Shown here: piece by piece, positions 46,108-54,736 of the stretch | How positions within the stretch are numbered: position 1 is the stretch's first letter | Layout: every line of letters begins with the position of its first letter | Virus record (IMG/VR): IMGVR_UViG_3300022752_000032 | Coordinates: 1-64,000 of that record | Source: a virus | Lineage: Duplodnaviria; Caudoviricetes | Reading direction: 5' to 3' (one strand) | Length of the DNA stretch: 64,000 nt | Position numbers and translations under genes: made by a program | Notes under the pieces: generated by a model | Told to the model about the DNA's origin: nothing | The model's input: only the letters and a program-made list of their open reading frames with translations | Databases searched by the model: none

Positions 46108-46320
46108 CTATCCGTTTAATAATGAATACTGATTCATTAATGCTGCTTTTTTCTGTTCTTCTTTGCTTAGTTGAGTATTTAGGTTAGTTATTAGTTCTTG
46201 ATCTGGTTCTTCTAAAGCATTTGCAGATATTATTGATATATTTATATTGTAAATAGATGTATTTATGCCTTTAATGTGTTGCGACACAATTGCCTTTTTT
46301 TCATTATTACTTAGTTCCAT
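46108..46320 (-). CDS. Small helical protein
   Basis: 70 aa from the ATG at 46320 (GGAGG RBS); NALEEP motif. Confidence 0.6.
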   Translation of the reverse strand: MELSNNEKKAIVSQHIKGINTSIYNINISIISANALEEPDQELITNLNTQLSKEEQKKAALMNQYSLLNG

Positions 46321-46624
46321 TTTGTCCTCCGTATATGTCATTTCCATTATCATCTATAACATCTTCTACCTGTTGGATTGCTCCCCATTTTCCAATCGGG
46401 CAACTCGCATGCGGTAACTTGGCTTTTTCTGTCATAAAACAACCACATTTTTTACAGGTGTTTGTTAATTTAATTAACGAAGGGCAATTTAGGCAGTTAT
46501 CTTTAAACCTATAATTAAAAGTTTCTTCATCTACTCTGCCTATATTTGGATTTAACAAGTCCCATGGTCTAACAGAATCCCCAGATTGTTTTTCTTTCCA
46601 AAGTTGCCAAGCAGTCTTAGACAT
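46307..46624 (-). CDS. Cys-rich metal-binding protein
   Basis: CLNC..CKKCGC..CPIGKW. Confidence 0.65.
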   Translation of the reverse strand: MSKTAWQLWKEKQSGDSVRPWDLLNPNIGRVDEETFNYRFKDNCLNCPSLIKLTNTCKKCGCFMTEKAKLPHASCPIGKWGAIQQVEDVIDDNGNDIYGGQNGTK

Positions 46625-46627
46625 TAA

Positions 46628-46879
46628 CTACCCCTGCGCTACTTGTGGCTCTGGAGCAGAAAATTGCTGTGTTTCGGAGTTGTATGCGCTTCCTATTCCT
46701 ACTATTCCACCGTTTCCAGCCAAATTGTCACTAACATCTACTATTATTGGATTGCTTGTAAAAATTGCTGACAATCTTTCATCGGTGTGTAGTATGTCTA
46801 CAACTTCTCCATCCAAAATAAAGGCTAATTTAATTGGCGGTAGCACTGGTTGCTGTTCTTGTTGCACTTCTTCTGACAT
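46628..46879 (-). CDS. Putative tail-fiber assembly protein
   Basis: AFILDGEVVDI..IGSAY; follows the tail-tip gene; AAGGAGG RBS. Confidence 0.5.
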   Translation of the reverse strand: MSEEVQQEQQPVLPPIKLAFILDGEVVDILHTDERLSAIFTSNPIIVDVSDNLAGNGGIVGIGSAYNSETQQFSAPEPQVAQG

Positions 46880-46931
46880 TATTCCTCCTTGTTTTTATTG
46901 ATTGTATTATACATAGTTTTCCTATTTTTGT

Positions 46932-48932
46932 TTAATATATACTTAAATTATCATAGAGTGTTCCTACATTGTTTGGGCTGTACGCTTTAACTACCCCCGC
47001 TGAGGTTTCTCCATTTGCATTTTGTTTAGTAGGGCTAGATACTGTTTTTCCTACTGTTTGTCCAATAACACCTCCTCCAGAATCATATGCTGTAGCCGTT
47101 ACAGTGTTTCCACTTGTAGAAGCTGTTATGTTGTAAATACCTGTCCATCGAGTATTATCAAATGAGCCTGCTACTAAATTAGAGGCCACCTGTCCTGATG
47201 AATAAGGTGCGTCCCAAGACTGAACTGCTACTGTTCCAGAAATTGCTGAAAACAATTTTATTTTGCTGTTGTAAGAATATGCACTAACTGTCGCAAGTTC
47301 ATTGATATTGTAAGTGTAACTGTATTGTGTGCCTCTAACTTGGTAATTTGAAGTATATGTTGTTACATCTTCATATGCGTAAACAGGGTAAGTATATGCT
47401 TGTTGCCTAATAGAATAGCTCTGTGTATAAGTTGTTACGCTACTATAATTTGGATTACATGCACCGCATCGATCTCCACTATTAGGTCCAGTATCTGGGC
47501 AACCCACTGTTGTTGCCGATCCAGTACAAGTATTAGATACAGTTGTTGTTCGACACCTCCATCTTGTAGCACTACCTGAGCAACCAGTAGATACAATTGA
47601 AAGAGTTCCTCCTGGACAGGATGGTGCCACTGGATCAAAGTTTCTGCATAATCCAAAAGTATCCACTGTGCTAGAAGAACTTTGCCTAATAGAATATGTA
47701 TATCCAGTTAAAGTGTTAACTGTCGAGGAAGTTTCCGTACAAGCTCCGCATCTATCTCCGACATTTGGTCCAGTATCTGGGCAAGTTCTACCTGAGTTAG
47801 AACCTGAACCAGTACATGTTGTAGTAGAGGTACAACTTCCGCATCTGGCGCCTACGGTTGATCCTGTACTTGGACAGGATGAGCCAGAAGACGATCCTGA
47901 ACATGTTAAAAGTTGTGTTGTTGAAGAAGTATTGGAATTAGTGCAATTGCAATAATCTCCAGCCAGTGATCCTAAATTATTTGTACAACAATTAAAGCCA
48001 CTGCAGGTATATGTAACTCCATTTTGTCCGCATGGATAAGTTATTGTTGCTGCTGGACAAGAACTGCATCTTTGTCCTGTTAGACTTCCAAAAGTAACGC
48101 CACTACAACAATTTAAACCAGTGCAAGTCTCTGTACCAGTACATGATACTTGGGTTGTGGTAGTTGAGTCATAATCATAATAGGATGTAACGGCATACCA
48201 AGAGTTTGCAGATGTAGTCCAAAAAGCAACTCCTTGCCCTCCCTTTCCATCTGGTAAGTCGATTGAATAGTTTTTGTTCGGACCACCTGTTTCAATTGTT
48301 TGAAGTGGATGGCTACTTGCCACAGCACCAGAAGAGACTGCAGTTGAGTTCACTGCACGAGCCCCGTTTGTTGACCAAGAGCCCGTTGAGTTGCTGTAAG
48401 AACTATAAATATATCCACTACTTGAAGTTCCTAAACCACCTGAAGTTGTTCTATTAAAATTATCTGTTATGTCGCCAATGTACGCTGACAATGGAGTACT
48501 GTAAAAATAGTATGTTGTTCCGTTTAACCCGACTACCGCATCCCTTGTATAAAAAACATAACTTGGTGTACTAGCATCTAGTTGGGTAACTGTATATGTT
48601 GAAGTTAAAACTGTACTAACGGTATCTGTTGTTGAAGCATCTGACACTGTATCTGTTGCTAAGGCTTTAACTAGCGAGTGTGTTTTTGAGGAAAAACTTG
48701 TATAGGACCCAGCCGTGCCTCTAGTAATTGATGTAAAAGCTTTTCCAGTTCCACCAGGAATGGAAGGAGCAGAGGTTTGTGGTGGCACTGATACAGCTGA
48801 AAAAAACAAGTTCCAAGCCCCAGATATATTTATATACGCACTTTGCATGCTTTGCCAAGAAGAGCCTATTTTCATAGCAATTGCGCTTATTGAATTACTC
48901 CAACTACTTGCAATCTTTACTCTAAAATCCAT
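46932..48932 (-). CDS. Tail-tip / receptor-binding protein with Cys-rich repeat insert
   Basis: 666 aa; last large gene of the tail block; DNFNR..LG lectin-like start; about 28 Cys in the middle. Confidence 0.65.
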   Translation of the reverse strand: MDFRVKIASSWSNSISAIAMKIGSSWQSMQSAYINISGAWNLFFSAVSVPPQTSAPSIPGGTGKAFTSITRGTAGSYTSFSSKTHSLVKALATDTVSDASTTDTVSTVLTSTYTVTQLDASTPSYVFYTRDAVVGLNGTTYYFYSTPLSAYIGDITDNFNRTTSGGLGTSSSGYIYSSYSNSTGSWSTNGARAVNSTAVSSGAVASSHPLQTIETGGPNKNYSIDLPDGKGGQGVAFWTTSANSWYAVTSYYDYDSTTTTQVSCTGTETCTGLNCCSGVTFGSLTGQRCSSCPAATITYPCGQNGVTYTCSGFNCCTNNLGSLAGDYCNCTNSNTSSTTQLLTCSGSSSGSSCPSTGSTVGARCGSCTSTTTCTGSGSNSGRTCPDTGPNVGDRCGACTETSSTVNTLTGYTYSIRQSSSSTVDTFGLCRNFDPVAPSCPGGTLSIVSTGCSGSATRWRCRTTTVSNTCTGSATTVGCPDTGPNSGDRCGACNPNYSSVTTYTQSYSIRQQAYTYPVYAYEDVTTYTSNYQVRGTQYSYTYNINELATVSAYSYNSKIKLFSAISGTVAVQSWDAPYSSGQVASNLVAGSFDNTRWTGIYNITASTSGNTVTATAYDSGGGVIGQTVGKTVSSPTKQNANGETSAGVVKAYSPNNVGTLYDNLSIY

Positions 48933-48933
48933 A

Positions 48934-49923
48934 TTAATACACTATAACTATGTCGCCGTCATCAAAACTCGCTGCGCTTGGAAGACTTGCATAAGCGTAT
49001 ATGTTTCTTATGCCAGCCCCTCCAGCAACTGTACCTGAAGCTGCAGAAGGCATGGTTATGTTGTAAAAAGATACCATTTCAGGAGCCTGAAATTCAATTT
49101 TCACCGCTGCATTAATAAATAAATATCCATCGTTTGACGGGCCGTCGGCGTTAATAATAGTTCCACTACCTCCAGCAAACTGATAAATCTCAAAATATGG
49201 AGAGGCTGTTGGACCCCAGGTTAAACTTGGACTGTTATACAGCAAGGTATTTGTAAGTGTAAACTGACCGCCTAAAGCTCCAGCAGCAAGTTGAATAGTG
49301 GCTCCTGTTATGGTTCCTCCGCTGATGGTTCTTCCAGTCAAAGTTCCAGTTGTTATGTTTCCTGCATCAAGATTTGAAACTGTAATAACAGAAGCATCAA
49401 TTGTTCCAGCGGTAATTTTATTTGCAGAGATACTTGCAAGGGCATTATTTCCTAAAGTAAATCCTACCCAAGTTGAAGTTGCCGAACTGTAACGATATAT
49501 TTTATTATCGTCATCAGTGTCAAACCAAACATCGCCAGTAACATATGTACCACCTGTAGGCTGTGTTGTCTGACGATAAATAGTATTTTTTCCATCTGCA
49601 GATGCTTGCGCATTGACATCTTTTATCTCTAAATAATCTCCTTCTTCTTCCGAGTAAATAGAAGCAGCATTATCATCTGGATTTATAACTAATAATCCAT
49701 CTTTTGGATTGAGTACGTCATTTTCAGGATCACTGCTAACTACTGCAGTACCAAACCCAACCTCATCCGCCGTAATACTGCTAGGGGCTATAGCAGCACC
49801 CTTAATAACTCTATTTTGAAGCCTAGTTCTTATAGGCTTTCTTTCCATACGTCGCAGACGTCTTTGTATGTCAGATAGATTAGTTCCTAAATTTTTCTTA
49901 CTGTTACGTCTTCTACTAGACAT
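48934..49923 (-). CDS. Minor tail protein
   Basis: L.DIQRRLRRMER N-terminus, GDVWFDTD module, ISANKITAGTI beta-helix repeats. Confidence 0.75.
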   Translation of the reverse strand: MSSRRRNSKKNLGTNLSDIQRRLRRMERKPIRTRLQNRVIKGAAIAPSSITADEVGFGTAVVSSDPENDVLNPKDGLLVINPDDNAASIYSEEEGDYLEIKDVNAQASADGKNTIYRQTTQPTGGTYVTGDVWFDTDDDNKIYRYSSATSTWVGFTLGNNALASISANKITAGTIDASVITVSNLDAGNITTGTLTGRTISGGTITGATIQLAAGALGGQFTLTNTLLYNSPSLTWGPTASPYFEIYQFAGGSGTIINADGPSNDGYLFINAAVKIEFQAPEMVSFYNITMPSAASGTVAGGAGIRNIYAYASLPSAASFDDGDIVIVY

Positions 49924-52570
49924 TTTTTCTATCCTCCTTCCATTCAGTTTGAAGAGTTAATGTTACTTTTTCTGGAAAAGATGGAGTTTCTGGAACACTA
50001 ACTGTGTACGCAATAATTTTACGAACAATTACATCACCTCTAGGCTCTAAATCAGTTGCTAAACGCATTCTAACAAACTCATCATCAAGAATTATTGAGC
50101 ACCAGTCCCCTGGGTAGTAAGACCCAACAACAGGATCTAAAGATCCATTAACCTCTATGTTAAAAGTTGCCTCTGGGGGTCTAGATTCTCCTAAAAAGTC
50201 TAAAGCATAGTTATACAAAGCCTCTTTACCAGCAGCAACAGTGTCTACATCATTTTTTTCTTCAATTTCATCTAATAGTGGCCAGCCTTGATTTAATAAA
50301 TCTTTTGAAGCAGCTGCTGCGTAAGGCTGGCTAGCAGTGCCGTCTAATCCATCAGCAGATCCGCCTACCCACATTCTAGTGGCAGAGTCTTCTGCATTTT
50401 CATTTAAAGTAAATTGAAAAATATTGCCTGGATACTCAAAAACATATTGATCAGCGCCTAAAACACTTAACGGATGAACCACTCCTATATATCCTGTAGA
50501 TGCAGTAGAGGGGACATTGTTGTTGTAAGAGTAAAAAGTAAAGGTAGTTGCGGTAGGAGCGCTAACAACAGTGACTGTTCCATCAAATGATGAGCCAACC
50601 TCTGTAATAACAATTTCATCCCCTGCAACTAACCCATGGGCAGTGCTTGTAGTTATTGTTGCAATATTAGATGTTAGTTGTTTAAATGTTACAGGTATTC
50701 TTACAGGTGGATCAATAAAGGGAACAAAAGTAAATGTTCTAGTAAAAGCATCATTTTCAAAATCACAATCTATTCTGTACTCAAAACCTTCAAGTTCTTT
50801 AGAAAAATCTTCTAATATATCTCCAAAAGATCTTAAATCAGAGCCTCTAAATACTTTACTACTTGACCCTAAATATTTTGCACTTAATTCTTGGGTAGAG
50901 TCTATTCCTATATCAGAGTTAGAAGAGTATGAACCATAAGTACCAGCAACTAATCTGCCTCCCCAAGAAACAGTGCCGCCAGAAACTCCTGTGGTAACAT
51001 AATTTAAAGTAGAAAAAACTGTGTATTTTATAGTTTTAACATCTGGCACCGATGCTACTACATAATTACCATCATAATCACTTCCTATATTCTCAACAAT
51101 AATACTAGTGCCCGCAACTATTCCGTGATTAGTGGATGTAGTTAAGGTAACAGTTTTATAAGAAGCCTCACCTGTATTTGCAGCGACAGCGGTAGTACCA
51201 ATATCAGCACTGTCTACTGGTATTGTAAAAGTTGTGCTAGTTGGTATTGAAATAACGTTAGTAGTTCCATTTAGTACAGATTGATTTGTAAAACTTACAG
51301 TTTCAGAAGTTATAGCAGATAAAGTAGGTTTGTTTAAAGTAACAGTAGTTCCAACTATTTTTTCAACAATAGTATTAGCGCTAAGTTTCCCAGCTATAGA
51401 AACTAACATTCCTGCTACTAAGTTAGTAGCACTTGTAACCGTAAGGGTAGTAGAGGCACTAGATGCAGAGGCTGTCTTACTGTAAGAAACGCTGTTATCT
51501 AATTTTGCTATGCTCACATAATCTCCTACTGCAAGCCCATGAGCAGAACCTGTAGTTATTGTTGCAATATTAGATGAAACTGCCTTAAATGTTATAGGTA
51601 GAGTAGTAGTAGATATGCTTTTTGAAGTTACATCATAACTTGTATACGGGGTTACAGCAGCAGTTGAAATATTTACAGAACCAGTAACGTTGTATTTAAT
51701 AGTTGTGCTGGTTGGGACGGCTGTAATAGTTTGGTAGCCGTCTAGTAGATCATCTACAGCTGCAATTTCAACTAGTTGACCTACTATTAAATCATGCGGC
51801 CTATTTAAAGTTAGAGTAACACTGTTTGAAACACAAAGTTTATTGGTAACTGTGTACTCTTCGTCCGTGGCTGGGAAATTTATACGTCTATCGCCATAAG
51901 CCTCATCATTTAAAAAATCATTTGTAACAAAATCCTCATTTAACCAGCCTAAAATATCTCTAGCAACATCATATGAATCAACAACAGAACGAGCCTGACC
52001 TATATCAGAAGGGCTTAAAGAGAGCGTCGCAGCGGAGGCAAAAGAAAAACTTGAAGCAGATGGGATTGCTGTTATTACATGAGTACCATTTAAAGCATTA
52101 TTTAATGCATAAACCTTTACAACATCTCCTACTTCAAATTCATGCTCTGTACTAGTATAAATAGTTGCTGTACCAGATGCTGCTTGGTATTTGCTACAGT
52201 AGTAAGGCTCACTTCCATAATAAAGAGTTTGCCATACCATTCTATGATACAAATAACTTATAAACTCTGCACCATCTACAGTTAACTCTTTATTAATGGG
52301 AGAGTAACTTCTGCTCCATATAATTCCGCCCCAGACGCAGACACCGTTTCTAAGAATATATATTGCTGTTTTTCCTGGCATAGTGTTTTCATATAAATTT
52401 AAATGAGCATTTGCTTCAACTATAGGAATTGACCCAGAAAAAGAGCCTGCTTTACTTAGAGCCCTTCCATAAGTAACATCTACAAACGGAATTTCTACCA
52501 ACAAGGTGTTTGTAAGTAAATCTACAGCGTAGTATCTGTAATCAGCTGGGTTAATTTCATTAGTTGTCAT
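49916..52570 (-). CDS. Minor tail (hub/Tal-like) protein with multiple inserted beta domains
   Basis: Position after Dit; VWGGIIW, FEYPGNI, PGDW motifs. Confidence 0.8.
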   Translation of the reverse strand: MTTNEINPADYRYYAVDLLTNTLLVEIPFVDVTYGRALSKAGSFSGSIPIVEANAHLNLYENTMPGKTAIYILRNGVCVWGGIIWSRSYSPINKELTVDGAEFISYLYHRMVWQTLYYGSEPYYCSKYQAASGTATIYTSTEHEFEVGDVVKVYALNNALNGTHVITAIPSASSFSFASAATLSLSPSDIGQARSVVDSYDVARDILGWLNEDFVTNDFLNDEAYGDRRINFPATDEEYTVTNKLCVSNSVTLTLNRPHDLIVGQLVEIAAVDDLLDGYQTITAVPTSTTIKYNVTGSVNISTAAVTPYTSYDVTSKSISTTTLPITFKAVSSNIATITTGSAHGLAVGDYVSIAKLDNSVSYSKTASASSASTTLTVTSATNLVAGMLVSIAGKLSANTIVEKIVGTTVTLNKPTLSAITSETVSFTNQSVLNGTTNVISIPTSTTFTIPVDSADIGTTAVAANTGEASYKTVTLTTSTNHGIVAGTSIIVENIGSDYDGNYVVASVPDVKTIKYTVFSTLNYVTTGVSGGTVSWGGRLVAGTYGSYSSNSDIGIDSTQELSAKYLGSSSKVFRGSDLRSFGDILEDFSKELEGFEYRIDCDFENDAFTRTFTFVPFIDPPVRIPVTFKQLTSNIATITTSTAHGLVAGDEIVITEVGSSFDGTVTVVSAPTATTFTFYSYNNNVPSTASTGYIGVVHPLSVLGADQYVFEYPGNIFQFTLNENAEDSATRMWVGGSADGLDGTASQPYAAAASKDLLNQGWPLLDEIEEKNDVDTVAAGKEALYNYALDFLGESRPPEATFNIEVNGSLDPVVGSYYPGDWCSIILDDEFVRMRLATDLEPRGDVIVRKIIAYTVSVPETPSFPEKVTLTLQTEWKEDRKNV

Positions 52571-52594
52571 TTTAGTTCCTTAAGTTTTTTAAGT

Positions 52595-54736
52595 TTAAGC
52601 AAGCCATCCAGAACGATAGTCTACAGATAAAGTAGCCGTTGAATTGGCAGCATCGCCTATGTCATAAAAACTAATTGTGTTATTGCCTGGGTATAAATTA
52701 ATCCATTCGTTATACACTTCTAATTTTGCTCTTGCTCCTAAATACTCTCCATTTAAAAATACAGATCTATCATATGTGTTGATTTCTAAAGTATCTGGAC
52801 CATAGGCAAGGCTCCCACTACCAGCTCCATAAGCGACGTTAGAACCAGTTGCTGCATATGTAAATGTGCTAGTTGTAGGAACACTAAGTACTACAAAATC
52901 CCCGTCATACGGTGAACCAAGACCAGAAACAGTAACAACATCACCAACAACTAATCCGTGAGTGGTAGTAGTTGAGAGGGTTACTAAATTATCAGTTAAG
53001 CCTCTGTTATTAATTGTTTTAGTAGTAGCAGCTCTTAGAGCACCTGTTATATTAATTTGTTCCTCGGAAGTGTCATTAGATATTACCGCTGGACCAACTA
53101 GCGGACCAGTAATAGTTAAATATACGCTAACAGGGTAGTTACCTTCATTTTCTATAATCTCGGTTCCATCCGCGGCTGTAGATGTTGCTTCACACGGTAT
53201 TAATACGTTTTCATAGCCGTAGATTGGGTCTTCTGTATTCCACTTGTACTTTATAGGATCTGCTGCTCTAAGTCCGATAGAAAACTCAGTACGCCCGCGA
53301 GCATTTACTGTTTGTATTTCTGGGTCTCCGCTTAATCTTACATAAGATGCTTTAATGTAAGAGCCTTCATTTGTCTTAAGCCATCCACCTGTATAAACTA
53401 AATTTGTAGCCGCAACAAATCTATCTCTAGCAGCAGCAAGTAGAGAAGGATCTGGGGTCAAAATGACACCTTCAAAAGTTATATCTCTTGCGTTGTATTT
53501 ACCTTTAACATCGTATGAACCATCGCCCCATCCTCTAGAGACCTCAGGGATTTCAGGAGAGGGATGTTGCCACCAGCCACCAATATCAGTGACTACCCAA
53601 ATAACTCCGTATTCATCAATTGTATTAAAAGTAAAGTCATTCAGCGATATATCTGCCTGTAACTTCATTCCCGTCAAATGAGGCTGTGGAAGTGGGGCTA
53701 AAGCAAGGTTTACCTTTGAAGTTTCATTGGCTTGATTAGAGTTAACAAAAAAGCCCTCTACTGAGTCAGACTGCTCTAATAAAACAGCATCAAGTAAAAA
53801 TGTTTCGGCTTTAGTACCAGCGGTGCTTTGAATAAAAGCAAAGTTTGCATGAGTTGAAGTGGCTGGTGCGGTGAATACTGCCGTGATTCTTTGCCAACCT
53901 GAGGAACTAGTTAAATCTCTTGCAGTATTACTACTTATTGAAACTATGCTTCCAGCAGTAGATGCGTTATACCAAATAGCTTTAATACTAAAAGAGCCTT
54001 CTTCTGCGCTGGTAGGAACTTTTACATACCCAGAAACTGCATAACTAGATAACGCTGTAGTAGCAATTCTGTCGGTAGTAATTACTCCAGAGTTAGCCTG
54101 AGCAGACTTGGTTATTTCTAAAGAAGAAGAGCCTACAAAATAATCAGAGGTGACTCTTGCTAAAGATGTAGTGGCAATTACTGCGGTTCCAGTGTCGGCA
54201 GCGGATGTAATAGTTCCAGAGGTAGAGGTTGTGTAGGTAAAGGTAGTATCGCTAGGAACTCCTGTAATTGTGTAAGTACCGTGTAATGGGGTGTTGCCAT
54301 TAGTTCCAGCAATGGTTACAACATCTCCTACTACAAAGCCGTGAGAGGCTGAAGTAGTAATTAATGCTGTTGTAGTACTCCTTTGAGAGTTGCTAATAGT
54401 TTTTGTATTTGCAGAAGGTGCTAGCCCAAAAACAGTGGCAGTTCCTGTATCGGCTGCTGAAGTTATGGTTCCAGAGGTTGAAGTTGTGTATCTAAATGTT
54501 GTTGAAGTTGGTACTGCTGTTATTGTATAAGTACCGTGTAAAGCAGAGTTCCCATTAGTTCCAGAAATAGTTACAGTATCGCCAACTAAAAAGCCGTGAG
54601 CAGTGCTTGTAGTTATGGTTGCAGTAGTAGAACTTCTTTGAGAGTTAGTAATTCTTTTATTTATATTTTGAGCAGCAGACCAGCCAGTAGTGTTAGTTTG
54701 ATAGGTAGGGTTTGTAAATAAATTTGAGCGACTCAT
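52595..54736 (-). CDS. Distal tail (Dit-like) protein with N-terminal carbohydrate-binding-like domain
   Basis: Follows tape measure; IGGWW, ARDIT, AADPIKY, LYPGNN; N-terminal NL.TNP..GW. Confidence 0.8.
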   Translation of the reverse strand: MSRSNLFTNPTYQTNTTGWSAAQNINKRITNSQRSSTTATITTSTAHGFLVGDTVTISGTNGNSALHGTYTITAVPTSTTFRYTTSTSGTITSAADTGTATVFGLAPSANTKTISNSQRSTTTALITTSASHGFVVGDVVTIAGTNGNTPLHGTYTITGVPSDTTFTYTTSTSGTITSAADTGTAVIATTSLARVTSDYFVGSSSLEITKSAQANSGVITTDRIATTALSSYAVSGYVKVPTSAEEGSFSIKAIWYNASTAGSIVSISSNTARDLTSSSGWQRITAVFTAPATSTHANFAFIQSTAGTKAETFLLDAVLLEQSDSVEGFFVNSNQANETSKVNLALAPLPQPHLTGMKLQADISLNDFTFNTIDEYGVIWVVTDIGGWWQHPSPEIPEVSRGWGDGSYDVKGKYNARDITFEGVILTPDPSLLAAARDRFVAATNLVYTGGWLKTNEGSYIKASYVRLSGDPEIQTVNARGRTEFSIGLRAADPIKYKWNTEDPIYGYENVLIPCEATSTAADGTEIIENEGNYPVSVYLTITGPLVGPAVISNDTSEEQINITGALRAATTKTINNRGLTDNLVTLSTTTTHGLVVGDVVTVSGLGSPYDGDFVVLSVPTTSTFTYAATGSNVAYGAGSGSLAYGPDTLEINTYDRSVFLNGEYLGARAKLEVYNEWINLYPGNNTISFYDIGDAANSTATLSVDYRSGWLA

